Shown here one piece after another: positions 1 through 14,102 of a stretch of 64,000 nt of DNA. Source of the stretch: Sphyrna mokarran (Eukaryota); contig JAGIQG010000010.1 of the NCBI GenBank assembly GCA_024679065.1, positions 82,274,001 to 82,338,000 on the forward strand, given 5' to 3'. The notes beneath the pieces were generated by a model. That model worked only from the letters and a program-made list of their open reading frames with translations, did not search any database and was not told the origin of the DNA. The first letter of the stretch is position 1; each line of letters begins with the position of its first letter. Both the position numbers and the translations under genes were made by a program.

Positions 1-974
1 TGAGTTTCTGGTCAATGGTAACCCCAAGGATCTTGACAGTGGGAGATTCAGTAATGACAACACTATTGAATGTCATGGGGCAGTGGTTAGAGTGTCTCTT
101 ATTGATGATGGTCATTGCATGGTATTTATGTGGTGCAAATGTTACCTTCATTAGTAAATATTAGATATTTGAACCATAAGTATGGTTATATTCATTCTTG
201 GAATCTAATTCAACTTCATGTACAACAAACTGTTTAACTGTTGGATGGAGGCACTTTGGAACATTTATTTTAAATTCTTTGCATATCATTTTCAGCGAGG
301 AGACTTCCTCACATATTTCAAACTGCTTTCTTTGGTTATATGTACCCAAGTAGGAAGAATGTAGAACCATAAACACACATACACCCTATTAATTTCACTG
401 GAACAGTTCCAAACCAGAAGGCAAACGCTATGTGAAGATTAAACAGTATGTAAATAAGGAGACTACACCTAAATTTTTTTAAAGAAATTATAGGAAAACA
501 TGTGTTAAAACTGCACATTGGACTTTAATTGTCTAAATATTTAAGTTTGCTTGAAGCACTGTGGTGCCTGTCTTGAATCATTATATCAAGAATATCAACG
601 CATGTAAGTTACTCCAGGATTGCCATGAGCATTAATAAAAAGTCATGTTTTAAAACATCAAATAAAATTAACATACAGCCTTCTAAATATAGGGTTAATG
701 GACATAAATAGTCGAAGTAATAGTCTAAACATCTATATCAAAATAATGTAATTATACAACAATAACTGCTTTAATAAAATGATACATACTGTTTCATATT
801 TTATCCATTCTTATAGGTAATATTTAATTTTCATATAGTGTCAAAATTTTTTTGTACTTGTGTGAATAAGGTTCAATATTTAACATGTTTTGTTAGTCAC
901 ATTTCTTTGTGTACTTTGATTGACATTGTGTCATTCAGCACATTTCTCAGATTTTCGTAATTCAATATTAAATT

Positions 975-1262
975 ATGAAATCCTTACAGCCCAGAAGACG
1001 ACCATTCAGGTCACTGAGGCTGCAATAATCCTTCAACAGAGCATCTTATCCAGGCTCACAACCAGCCCTATACTCCTCTAATCTACTCATTTTGCCCTAC
1101 TAAAGGGCAATTTAATATGGCCAATCCACCTAATCCACACATCTTTGGACTGTGAGAGGAATCCAGAGTGTCTCGACGAAATCCATGCTGACACGGGGGG
1201 AAAACATGCAACTCCACACAGTCACTTAAGTTTGGAATCAAACCTGGGTCCCTGGTGCTGTG
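975..1262 (-). mobile_element. HE1/V-SINE-like tRNA SINE
   Basis: Reverse complement of the SINE core (ggccaatccacctaa..cacatctttggactgtg..gaaa). Confidence 0.8.
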
Positions 1263-1789
1263 ATCATTGTGCTGCCTACAATTTAAAAGTACTGTTGTTT
1301 TATTTTGAAATGTTTTGGGATGTTATAATTTAGGAATCTGAAATCACTTTAAAAGCAGCATTTGTATCTTCAACATTGGCAATATGAGTTTGTAAGTAAA
1401 TGTGAATAAGTACTTCCATTGTCTGGTCCCTTCATAATGATTCTAAATTGTTTCACCATACATCAGATAGGAGGAACAGCAAAAGTTTTGAGATTTTTTT
1501 TTAAATCATGATGGATGACTTAGCTAATCTTCACACTAGCCATTAATTTACATTAACTCTCATTAACTTACTGACCCATTTTCAGGAACTCAGAAATGCT
1601 GCTTGAATGGACTAGCTAAATTTGAACTTTTGACAGATAAAATTTATTTCAGGATAAGATTATCTTCTGGTATATTCAGATTATTTGTCAGGTGGTGTTT
1701 TGAATTTGGGATCTCAACAACTAATTTACAAGTAGTATAAACCAGGTATCTGAAATAATTAATAATCTGTATATATTATTTAGGTTTAT

Positions 1790-2150
1790 TTTCCTTGGAG
1801 AAGAAAAGGTGGAGAGGGGATTTGATAGAAGTATTGAAAATCATTAGGAGTCTGGTCAGAGTAGATAACTGTTCCCATTGATGGGAACAAAGCAGAGATT
1901 TAAGGTAATTGCCAAAAGTGGCAATGCAAGCATGAGAAAAAAACAAGTGGTTAAGATCTGGAAAGTGCTGTCTTTAAGTACGCTGGAGATAAGTTTAATT
2001 AAGTCATTTAAGTGGAAGTTGGGTTATTTTCTGAATAAAAGGTATGTGCAGGATTATGGGGAGAGGATGAAGGGATGACACGTGAATTGCTTATTTAGAC
2101 AGCAGTTCCAGACACAATGGGCTAAATGGTCTCCTTACATGCTGTAACTA
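1790..2150 (+). mobile_element. Decayed CR1 3' fragment
   Basis: ttttccttggagaagaaaagg..gatttgatagaagt (FSLE-RR-RGDLIE remnant) and 3'UTR. Confidence 0.7.
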
Positions 2151-3406
2151 TTAGGACCTCCTCCTGGGCTGCGATTGTGATAATATATATACACACAGAT
2201 TCAGATCAATTGGTGCTTTTTATCCTAGTAATATCTCAGCTGATATTAAAGTTTTAAAGAAAAATCAATTATTTAAAACAATTTATACCACAAGATTTTA
2301 TGAATGGCATGCAAATCTTTCAAAAATCTTTATCGTGATAAACAAGTTATTGTACTGTTCGAGCTGTAGCTATATTGTACACAGCCTGCAAGTTTAGGGG
2401 ATTTTCACAAAAACTTCAGTGCAGTGTTAATGTAAGCCTATTTGTGACGCCAATAAATAATAAATAGTTACTTTGTCGCCTGCAGTTTGCTCCCAAGATC
2501 TTTTCTATTCCAAAAGTCACTATTGTTATTATTTGTAATATTGGCTTTGCCTGCCTTTGTTGGGTGCATTTGGCAGTACCGCAACATCTGTTCCCTCCCT
2601 GACAGCTGATTCCAACAAGTCTCCATACATTCTCAATGGGAATAAGAAAAAAAGGTTTATGCAGAACTACACTATATATTATTAAGTGACAATCTTCAAT
2701 ATTCACAGTACAGAAAATTTCTCATGGCAAATGAAGAATGAATTTAACCCAAATTCAGTGCCCATCTCTAAATTCAGAATTCTTAATTGCTGGCAGCAAA
2801 TATTAGATTCATCTCAGAGGATCATGATGATTTTAATTCAGACACAGGCTTCTATAAAACCAAGACATTACAAAGCAGCTTTGATGGAAAAAGTAATTTT
2901 GCCCTAGAGAGAACTGTTTACGATGTCAGCTAGCTTTGGTGTTAGATGCTCCAACTTTGTTCATGGCACAATTTGTAGATAAAAAAAGAGTTTTATCTAC
3001 AATACATGCTCAGAGATATGTTACACATTTTGTATGTGTGCACAATTACTTAATTTTAGTTTAACTTTATTAGAATTGGGAATAACGAGCAGGAGGGAAA
3101 GTAATGGCTGGAATCGGAGAATAATCCTGTTCTCAATTTGTGCTTGCAAATGCCTATATCAAGATATTGTGAAATTTAGAGGATTTTATTTACATTAGTC
3201 TGTTAGGAATTCTGAATTTTAAGTTATGAGCTGACACTGAGCAGAATTAAAGCTCCACTTGCCATTATAAACATGTTATGTTCCACATTTCAAAAATGGC
3301 GTGGAGTTACAAAATGAAACTTCACAGATAACCACTTTCTGTGAAATTGACTTTAAATGACTATGAACTAAAATATTACAGGATAAGCCGAAATAAGGAA
3401 TCCTAC

Positions 3407-3465
3407 CTGAAGCAAATTTAGAGGTCGGAAACCAGGAGTATTTTTTAAACCAACAAATGAGTTAC
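3407..3465 (-). CDS. SUPT20H: SUPT20H coding exon GNSFVGLKNTPGFRPLNLLQ (59 nt)
   Basis: tttcag|GTAAC...CTTCAG|gtagga; homologous to GVPFGLKNTSSLRPLNLLQ. Confidence 0.93.
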
Positions 3466-6321
3466 CTGAAATGAAAACAATAACATAAGAGTCACTGTCA
3501 TTGACATTATGTTATTTGATTCAAAATCATTGGTTATGAACAGGTACAAGGATTTAAATATATTTATACGTAGGTTTCCCAAAAGCATTTTGCACATTTC
3601 TGAATAGATTACCATCTTTTACAGCAGTATATATTTCACTGTTAAAGATGCAAAACATTCTCCAAGACTGTCACTGATCCGGATCTGAAATGTACCAGCA
3701 GTTATAACTGTTGAATGATAAAGTGAGACCATTTTAAAGGAGCCAGAAAGGTCATTTTAAGAGTGATACACAAATCTGTGCTCAGACACTGAATGTCATG
3801 ACCAATGCCATAAATGTTTCACTGCTCCTAAAATATTTTAATATGTAGCATTAAATAAAGTTGTAGATAAGAATTCAGAAACATGTTGGGACACAAATCA
3901 ATTGAGTTCCACTTCTGACCACTGACCCTTATGCTGAGATCTGGAGGATCAATTTGAATGTCAACATAACTGGAATTATGTGCCGGACAGTCCATTGAAG
4001 AAGTACTATCTTGTACTGAAGTAGGGTAACTGGAAGGATACAGTGAACTGGCAATTATTGTGGCCTTGTTTAATAAACCATAATCTGAACAGACATTGTA
4101 AAACACTTCCCGAGTCTGGACCACAGGAATCATCCAAGGGCCACGATCAGTTTTTACTGGAACTTAGAATGGTGTACCATAACAGGATAACAGACTTGAA
4201 TCAGAAGTTCTGGTAAGTCACCAGCAGCAAGATCATCAATAACATTGATACTCTTTATGTTTCCAGTCTGATTTGGTGTTGATTTTCCACAGAATTGGGC
4301 TTTGAATGTTGCTTTTAGAAATCTGTTCTTTGATAGATTGAAGTTGTCTTCCTTAAGTAACTGTAATCATAAGTGGTACATTTTCCAACAATAAAATCTT
4401 ATTTCCAGCAGCTCCCAAACAAACTGATGCTTTGAAAAAAAAATTCAGTGACAGCTGACAGAAGTGAATCGTTATCTAATCTGGATTCAGATTTTGCAGA
4501 GGAGATTAAAATCTTTACATTTTATTACTCTTGGCATTTAGGCTGGCTGTGCAATCAGGGACTAAAAATTTGAACAGAAAAATTTAAAATCACTCTTTCA
4601 AATGACATCATTTGAAAGTCAATCTGACAGCATCAAGCTAGAGTACTTGAAAGATTCCAGAAAATTTATAAGGCTTAACTTGAATTTTAGCCAAGTTAGA
4701 AAACGGAACTTCTGACTCTTGCATTATTTAGCTGAGGATTATTCATTCGATTTAGATATTTTCCAGACACGCACAACTACCAAAAACACTGCACTTAATT
4801 GGCTGGGTAACCAATGAACTTTATTGGATACTTTCTCAGCTGGAAACAGAAATGAAAATTTTGCATTAATTTCTAACTATTCAAGTTAAGGGAGCAACAA
4901 ACCCTGTACTAGCCCTGCTAGCCCTGTACTACTGAGATGGAGTGTGCCTAAACTGTAATGACTCATTCAATAGATTTTCCTCTCTTCCTGCAGACAAGGA
5001 GGGAAGGAAGTTGTCTGGTCTGATTAACTCATTGGAAGGCTGGAGAAGATATAGTTTTTTTTTAGCCCCATTCTGTACTCAACTCCATTTACCCACCTTA
5101 GTTCTATATGTCTGGATACCCATATCTAACAAATATCCATTGATTTTAGTCTTTAACACTTAAATTGACCTCTTGAAAGTCAAGGATTCAGATTTCCACA
5201 ATTCCATGTAAATCAAAGTGATTTGAAACTTTATTCCTAAATGGCACACTCCAATTTTAAGGTTGTGCCCTTTTCCTTTGAACTGCACCGTCCAGACGAA
5301 ACAGTTTCTCTGTATCTACTCTATGAAATTTTAATATTGTAAACACCTAATTTTGTTCAAACCTTAAAACTTCTTTATTCAAGGAAAAGCAAGCACAGTC
5401 CTGGCAACCTGTACTCAATTTAATCCCTGAAGCCCTAGTACATTTGGCATGGTTTCAAAGGTTTCTTGAAAGTTTGGATATCTGCCAGGACCAGTTAGAA
5501 TATGACCAACAGAGCAGGTAATAACCATTTCATAGAATAAATTTCCTTAGTAAGGTCTTAAATTTTTAAGTGGAGTGCAGTCTACCTTGACAAATTCCAC
5601 TAAAACTATATTTAGAACACACAAATGAAGATGACATAGCAGGAAGATGAATCTCTACTTTCATGTTAAAAAAAACCCCAATGCCTGTGGCAATGAGTCA
5701 AGTTCTTCCTGTTTGAAAAACGGGACCTAATCAATTTATGTAAACCTTGCTTCCTTCATCCCTGTCAAAGTTGTACAAATTTAAGGAGTTACCAGCATTG
5801 GATCCATATTGTATTTGCCACATTTATTGCGGTTACATCTCAACAGTAATTTTGCTGATATGTGAACATTGTTCCATATTGATTGTGTATATAGGCTACA
5901 CTATTAATTAGAAATGTTTCCAAAACATTTTCCTGATGTGATCCCATTTTACTGCCTCAAACTTTGTGTGAGGTCATGCTTGAAGGGAAGAGAGCCAATA
6001 TAAAATTGCTGGGTTGCCTTGAAAAAAGTGAAGACCCCTCTTTGTATGCTGCGGCTGTAACAGCAATTGGGCTTCAGAGAATGTAAAGCCATGTCAACCA
6101 ATTGGAAAAACAGCACAAACATTGCAAGCGGCCTCCCAGCTGTCAAAACTCAGTCTTAGCTCCACAACCGTCACTGTTATCTCAGAGCTCGCACACCCTT
6201 TGGATACCAGACAATTCTAATCAATCTTGATATTGAAAATTTCTTGGGAAGTATCAGAAGTATCAGAGGTTAACGAAGAACCTGGACAGGCTGAGTTAAA
6301 TAACGTAGTGCTCAATATCAT

Positions 6322-7004
6322 GGGCAGAATTCTCCCATCTGCTGTAGTAGGGGCAGGGACATATGTTTTCCATTGCAGAGGCCAGTGGGAAACCACATCA
6401 TATCTCATCAATAACACAACCAGGCATTTTGCGCCATACTCTGTGGCAGAGCAGGTCTAATGGCACATAGTCATCTTATTCAAGTGCCATAACGTAAAGG
6501 TGCATAACCCAATATTGAAGAAAGAAGATAGATCTCCTGAGAAGAAAAGGATCTCCAGGAACATTTTGAGGCTGTAAGATGGATCTCCTCACTGACACTG
6601 GATCTTCCACCTGTAGATGCTTGCCCCTATTGCAGCTATGGTGTTCCGGGGTCCAAGATTTCTGCTTGCCTCCACTCTGAACTGCGGCAGTCCCAGGGAT
6701 CATTCAGTGAATCCCGATATCTGTTTGCCATTTGTTCTAGACGCATTTTGCACCAGTGTATTTTCCCACTAGCATCATGAAGAATCAGGCGTGGGTGGAA
6801 GATTCTAGTCAGGCTTTCATCTGCGTCCATTAGCAGCAGAGTACAAATCAATTTCATGCAGGCCTCCAGGTGTTTCCTGATCCGCAATGGTAGAAGATGC
6901 CGTGGGAAATTCACGTCAGCGTGAAAGTAATTTTTGCAATCCCGCCAAATTCTCTCCCACTCCCCCACCCACAACCATGGCAGGGCATTGAAAGAATTCC
7001 GCCC
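6322..7004. mobile_element. Non-autonomous DNA transposon (MITE, Harbinger-like termini)
   Basis: Terminal inverted repeats gggcagaattct...agaattccgccc; a related copy lies at 11883-12380. Confidence 0.75.
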
Positions 7005-7151
7005 TCTGACTCACCAACTCTTCTATAGAAAGATTGGAGATTTTGGGGTTTCCTAAAGGTATACCAAAATAAAAGACCAAAGTAAGATGAACAATAATTG
7101 TTTAAAATATTTCAGGAACCTCATCAACCACGTGTATTATTTGGTACTGAC

Positions 7152-7306
7152 CTGCTTGAGCTGCGGATTGCATGGCAGCTGGCAGGGAACTCGGCACCAG
7201 TCCCGCTGGTGGTATAATGCTGCTTAGATTTATGCCTGTGGGAGTTATGGCTCCAGCATTACTCCCCAGCATAGGATTCGAACCACTCATTAATGTCTGT
7301 GCTCCA
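7152..7306 (-). CDS. SUPT20H: SUPT20H coding exon [51 protein letters not shown] (155 nt)
   Basis: ctttag|TGGA...GCAG|gtcagt; inside ORF 7102..7329. Confidence 0.96.
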
Positions 7307-9344
7307 CTAAAGGATGGGGGACAAAACAAATATATTATCCCTTTGTTTCTGATTTATTTTAATCATTAGGTCACTTCTTACAGCATCAGTTGTAACTAAA
7401 AGGTTTAATGTAACATACTAGAATTATTGTAAAACTGAAGAATCGTGAAATTACAAACGTAATATGGTTATAGAAAATAAATCGTGGCAGGCATAGACTT
7501 AATAAAAATAAGCCAGGAGAAAGATCTCGTGTAAAAGCTGACCAAATAGTCCAAGTGTCATCACAATATTGAAGAGTAGTTGCAAAGGCAAGGGAAAACG
7601 TTAAAATGTGAAATTAGAACCACAGAACACCACAATAAGAAGAAACATTGAATAAAACTGAGACTGAACATGGAATACTGTGTCAACATGTAATCACTGG
7701 AAAAAAGAAATATACAGGAATTCAGGAAAGGCAATAAAAAAATCCCAAATTTCAGATAGGTTTTTGAAATCTGGATTTATTTTCTGTTTGAAAAATACTT
7801 GATTAGCAATTTTTACAAACAACAATTTCAAATTTTTCAAGAGATTCCAAGCCTCAACTGACTTTAATAGTACTGTCAAATTAAATTGACCATTTGCCAT
7901 AGCCAAGAATGGCATATTATCTAAATGATAATAAAAAATATCCTTAGAAGGATGTAGGTGTCAATTACTGATTTTAAAATGTAAGTGTATAATGTATAGC
8001 AGTATGTTGATAGTAATTAGAAAGAACAGCTCATTATTTTATAAACCAATTTCCTTTCTCCATGGAGTTTTCTTATTTCTACCTCCAGTGACTTCTGCAG
8101 TCATTGTGATGTTGGAGGTTAGAGATCTGATCTTTATTGGCCTGTTAACTGGAAATCAAGGCCGGATGCCAATCTAGAAGCACAGTACTGCATAAAGTTT
8201 GTGTTGGATTGTGTACTGTTGTGCTATAGTTGATATACAGATCAAATGCTTTTAGATAGACATCCAGGTCTGTTCAAAGTACAAACTTTCTCAAGTGAAA
8301 TTAGTTATACCTTTAATCTACATCAGTGGAAGAGTTCTGGGTGAGAATGGAAGTTAGAACGTTAAGTCTCTGATAGGAAATCTATTCACCAAAATGCTTC
8401 AAGGGTTAAGTACTTGAACAGATTAAAAAAATGTATAATAGAAACACATACAGAGGAGACTACTTAATATTGGAAACACTCTTCTTGGGCTCTCCTTTTC
8501 CTTCAAGACAAAACGTACTCAGAATATTCATTTCTGGTTACAATTCCCGTTTAACATAAAATTCAATGACATCGATGCAAATTAAAAAACTTATTAGTTA
8601 TTATCAGTCTGATGGGGATAAGATTTAATTGATTCAAAAAGTTGATTGTTTGGAAAAGATTTGCATTAGAAGGGGTTAAAGAATAGTGATAAATAAATTA
8701 AATGATACACATTGTATTTGATAAAGTACACAAGTCTTTCTTCTATAGGCTTTTCAATATGTTCTTGTAATGCATGAATAAATAACACAAATATATTTTC
8801 ATTACATTGCACTCTTTCCTGTATGATTCTTGTTATTAGTGTACTTTGACTCCAAAATAAGATTAGTCTGAAAACATTTCAGAACTGTAAGAAATAGTAA
8901 GAAAAAAATCAAATGGGGGGCGGAGGTGCATTTTATGTCCTCACTTCACTCAAGACTAGAAAATCCTGCCTGAGGTCAAAGGACCTTCGCATTGTCTGCC
9001 TCTCGCCTGCTCCGATTCCCATGGCAGGCACAGCAGTAAAATTCCAGCAAATATCTTACTTTACGTTTTTAAAAAGTAATATTTCCTCAGCTGAAATTAT
9101 TCATAGAAAGATGCTATCTATGTACAACAATATCAGTGCACAATTAAACTAATAATCACACAATCACGGGGCTGGAAAAAATTTCAGATAAGATTAATTT
9201 TGCTCACTTTGCATGACTGTCACCATTTCTTCAAATGACGATTTATTTATATTTGCCAATGAAGAATACCACTTAAATTAAGTCCCTTGAAGAATGCACT
9301 GATATAAATAGAGCAATTTACCATTCCTTTACTGTATAGTAAAG

Positions 9345-9630
9345 GAGCGGCACGGTGGCACTGTTGCCTCACTGTGCCAGGGAGCCAGGTTTGAGTCCCA
9401 GCTTGGGACACTGTCTGTGCTGAGTTGGCATGCTCTCTTCATGTCTGCATGAGTTTCCTCCGGGTGCTCTGGTTTCCTCCCACAGTCTGAAAAATGTGCT
9501 GGTTAGGTGTATGGTCATGCTAAAGTCTTCCTCAGTGTACCCAAACAGGCGCTGAGGTGTGGCGTTTAGGGAATTTTCCCGGTAACTTCAAATGTAAGCC
9601 TATTTATAACACTAAATAAACTTTAAAACT
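9345..9630 (+). mobile_element. V-SINE-like tRNA SINE (taataaataaacttt-tail subfamily)
   Basis: tRNA-like head gcggcacggtggcac and core gggtgctctggtttcctcccacagtc. Confidence 0.85.
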
Positions 9631-11174
9631 AGAGTAACACATAGATAATAACTGTTTTTGAGAAGTTAAGTGTACAGATCATTATGTTATGGAAATCCTA
9701 TCTCTTAGAAATGGCTGGATGAAAGAAATCTTACTTTATGGAAAATCCTTCTTCTTAATAAGATGAATAAGAAGAGATTTAACTTTCTCAATCAGCATTC
9801 TTTTCACACTTCAGGAGTTTAGCCCCATAGAGGCAATAATTTGCAACTGCCTATTTTGTATTATCTGTTAATTTGAATGTAGATTGTGAAATGATATTAA
9901 AACTTAGCTGTTTTATTACAATTTCTTGAGATGAACTATTGGATAATAGATTTTTTCTCAAGCAGAAGATCATTGAATTAATAGGAGCTGACCGTGTTAC
10001 TCAGGAGGAAGAGTGCATATTTCTCAGTTTAGATTAACCACCAGAAATAAAATTGATCTGTCAGCCTGCAGGCCCACAATGCGAGTTAATCCAAACAATA
10101 GATGCTGTCTGAAAGAAGATTCTTCAACTTAGCCTAGCAAACATTCATTTGCTTTAGAGGAAAAACTTCAAAATGGCCAAAGCATAGTGACTGAATGATC
10201 AATGTTAGATGGTAGGATGGAGAGCGCGGGTCTAACATATAGCTAAAGAAAATAGCTCAGAATGGATGAAATGAGGCCATTGAGTGCTTTTAAAAACTAG
10301 TATAAGAAACTGAACATCAAAGCAACAAGCAAGATACCATGCATGCTGGAAATCAGGAATACGAAAAGAAATTATGGAAAATACTCAGATTAGGCAGCTT
10401 CTGGTGAGGTTGGATGACATTTCTGACCTGAAGTATTGGCTCTAGCTGGAATTCTCTGGTCTCATACACTCCCATCACTGGCAGCAAGAATGAGGAATTT
10501 GGGTGCTCAGCCAAATCTTCATTCGTTGCAGCGGGACTGGAGAATCTCAGCCACCGGCGTGGTGGGAGAATTCTGGCCTCCACAGATGCTACATGATCAG
10601 CTGAGCGTTTCCCAGCATTTTCTATTGTAAGGAACTGGATTTTGATTTGTCGGTGCACAGAGACCCAACAAGAATGGAATAAATTACCAACAAAACTGTG
10701 CCAAAAGGTGCAGCCAGTTTGGGTGATAAGAACAGTTTGGGAGCAATCACTCCACGAGGTGAAAGTGTGAATTGGGGTTTTAGCAACAGCGAGGCAGATT
10801 GGAAGCACAACAAGGAAACTGAAGGGGTAATCATAGAAAGGGAAACAACACGAGTTACTAAGTCCTGCCAGCACTGAACTGAATACCGTGGCTGCATCAA
10901 AACTGGCCAAAGGGGAAAGCCACGGAAATTGACTAACGTATTTCAGCAGATTTATCAATCCACTGCAAGAAGCCTGCAGGTGCTGACAGAAATTAAAAAT
11001 ATACTTGTCTTTGGTTTTCAAAATGTTAAGCTGGAGGAAATCAATTCGAGGACCCAACAGAGTCATTGCTAGCAGTGAAAAGGCAACATACAGATAAAAT
11101 GTCTTGTTGAGCATGTTACCAAGGGTAACTTTTTCATAAAGGAGAGATAGGGAACACCACAGATAGCTATTTGG

Positions 11175-11540
11175 ACATTCATTCATGGGACATCCGCATC
11201 ACTGGCTGGCCAGCATTCATTGCCCATCTCTAATCAACCTTGGTCAGGCCCGATGGAAGTTGAAAGTCAACCGTATTCCTGCAGTTCTGGAGTTACATGT
11301 AGACCAGACCAGGTAAGGGTGGCAGATTTCCTTTCCTGAAGGACATTAGTGAATCAGATGGATTTTTCTGACAATCAACAATGATTTCAAGATTATCAGT
11401 AGATTCTTAATTCCAGATTTTTTTTATTGAATTCAAATTCCACTATCTGGCATGGCAGGATTTAAACTTGGCTAACCAGAACATTGGCTGAGCTTCTCGA
11501 TTAATAGTCTAGCGATAATACCATTAGACCATTGCCTCCC
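11175..11540 (-). mobile_element. tRNA-derived SINE (second family)
   Basis: Colinear with 52310-52635; minus-strand head gggaggcaatggtctaatggtatt. Confidence 0.8.
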
Positions 11541-11882
11541 AACACAGAAGGAAAAATAGCAGTTTGGTTACACTGAAGTAATAGAAACGTAAGAGAACAG
11601 TGCTGTGGAGTTGGTTGGTGGACGAGAGGTAGTTAGTATGGAGTGATCAGTAATTTCAAAGATAACAAAGAAATAAAGGGAGATTAAAGTGATCTAATAT
11701 CACCTATCAGTGAGAACTTGGGCCAGGACAATCAGTGCTGCACACAAAACTAAACTTAAGAGATTTATTGGTGAACATGGCGTCAAGAAATGGAAGTTCA
11801 GTAAGTCAGGATTATGTAAGAAGCCAAGTGGTGGATTTCGTGGAGAAGAAAAGTTTGATGGTTACCGTGTGAAATGGAGCAT

Positions 11883-12380
11883 GGACAGAATTCTCCCATC
11901 TGAGGATTATGTCCTATAGCAGGGGCAGGAATGTGGAAGTTTTCCTCGAAGTTCATGGAAAGCATACCAAATCGTCTCGCTCTGACCTCACTAATTATGC
12001 AATTGGGGGTTTTGCACCTTATTCTGTGGCAGGACAAATCTTATGGCACAAAGTCCACTGTCCTATCTGGGCATACTGAAAAGGCACCCAATGTCACTGA
12101 CAAACAACTGAAGAAAAAAAGCAGACCTCCTGAAAATAAAGATCGATCTCCAGGAGCATTCTGAGACCGGAAGGTGGATGTCCCTTCTGGGCACTGAATC
12201 TAAGGTCCATCTGTCGATTAAGAGTGTTTTGCATTGGCATGTTTTCCCACTGGCATTGTGGAGAATCAGACATGGGGGGGAAATCAGACCTTTGCCTGAT
12301 CCTATTAATGGGATGCAAAAGAGTTTCCTGTCTGCTTCCAGTACGTTCCTTGATTCACCATAGCAGGCACCAGCTTTACT
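11883..12380. mobile_element. MITE, same family as 6322-7004, right end truncated
   Basis: Starts ggacagaattctcccatct; internal blocks align with 6322-6900. Confidence 0.7.
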
Positions 12381-12659
12381 GTCTGCCCCTCTACTCTCTG
12401 AGCAATTAAAAGTGAAAGGGAAGGCCAGAGGAAAAAGAGCACAGAGAACCTTTATGTATGATATCAAGTCCTTGAGCTTCTCAATTTAGTATCAGAGTTC
12501 AGAAATGGCTACGGTGGAGGAAGATCAGAGGGTACAGACTGTGTTGAAAGTTTGCATGTTCATATGTTTTTCAATAAGTTTTCAAAAGATTTTCAATAAA
12601 ACTCTGGAGTAAAAGGAATCACTTGCAGAAGGGGAGATGTGACTGGAGATAGTTAACTT

Positions 12660-13690
12660 CATAAGAATGTAAGAAATCGGAGATGGACTAGGTCATATGG
12701 TGCCTCAAACCTGCTGTACCACTCAATCTGATTGTGGCTGATCTTCTGCTTGAACTCTACCCTTGAATCCCTATGGTCAAAAATCTATCCCAACCTTTAA
12801 TACATTCAACAACATAGCCCTCTAGGGTACAGAACTAAAAAGATTCATAACCCTCTGGAAGAAAGTTCTTCTCATCTCAGTCCTATATAATTGCCCCCTT
12901 TATGGCCGTGGTCCCATGTTCTAGATATCCAGCCAGAGGATGTTTTCTCTCGTTGTCAACATTCTGTCAAATTCCTTCAGAATTATACATATTTCAGGGA
13001 GATCACCTCTCATTCTTCTAAACTCCAGATCGTATCGATCCAATTTACTCAGCCTCTCACCATAGCACTGCCATTTTATCCCAAAAAACAGTCAAATAAA
13101 CCTTTGCTCTACTACTCCCAAGGCAAGAACATCCTTTTGTAGATTATGGAGACTAAAAGATTCCAGGGATGCTAGTACCAAAGTCCTACACGATAGTAGT
13201 AAGGTTTCCTTGCACTCTAATCTCCTGAACTAAAAGTAAAGGTGCCATTTGCTTTCCTAATTGCTTGCCATACCTGCATCACTTTGTGTTCCTTGTGAGA
13301 GTACCCAGAACTTTCTGAATATCAATATTTATAATTTTCACACTTTTTAAAAAATTCTAGAAGTTTATATTCTTATTCTCAAATGAATAACCACACACTT
13401 ATCCACATTACACTCCATCTACCAGCTTGTCTCCCACTCACTTAACTATATCTCATTCACACCATTTTGTGTCCCCTTCATAGTTTACATTACCACCTAA
13501 CTCTGTCATTCTAAGTCATTAAAATAGATTATAAATAGCTAAGGCTCTAGCATTGATCCATGTGGTGCTACCAATTACAGCTGCCAACTTGAAAACGCCC
13601 CATTTATTTCTACTCTCTGCCTTCCCCCACTTGACTGATTGTCTAACTCTGTTAAGATATCATTCCCACTACCATGAACCCTTGCACACA
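12660..13690 (-). mobile_element. Decayed CR1 LINE 3' fragment
   Basis: cataagaatgtaagaaat tail, followed by reverse-complement RT C-terminal remnants. Confidence 0.7.
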
Positions 13691-14102
13691 CTTGGGAAAT
13701 TAAAATCTTTCTTTATTTGTTTGAAGTCACAAAATCTCTCGAACAAGTAAACAAAATAAAACGCATAGACTTTAGGAAAACTGTAAACCAAACTTATTAT
13801 GCAGTACCATAATAAATATCACATTTATAACAGGGTAGAATGGCATGGGAGAGAGAGGTCTGTCACTATGCCATCAAAAGTGATGACTTTTCACTGGTGA
13901 CTTTGGCTTGCTTCTATGGTATGTGAAGGATGTTGAATGTAGAAACTATATATATATATGGCACTGATCCAGAATCTGTTGTCAGAGTCAGCAACAACAA
14001 AAATCCACAATCTTGAATAAAAGTAAAAATACACTTCAATCTTATAAGATTAATACATTCAAATAAAATATGATAGGTTTAAAAGATTTAGAATATTCTT
14101 AC

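Noticed and set aside
1-3400. Remaining Q-rich SUPT20H 3' exons
   Set aside because: No matching sequence found; they probably lie beyond the left edge.
10353-11186. 277-aa minus-strand ORF, the longest non-LINE ORF
   Set aside because: It runs across a MITE, Penelope-type ends and a SINE boundary, and shows no recognisable domain; most likely a chance ORF.
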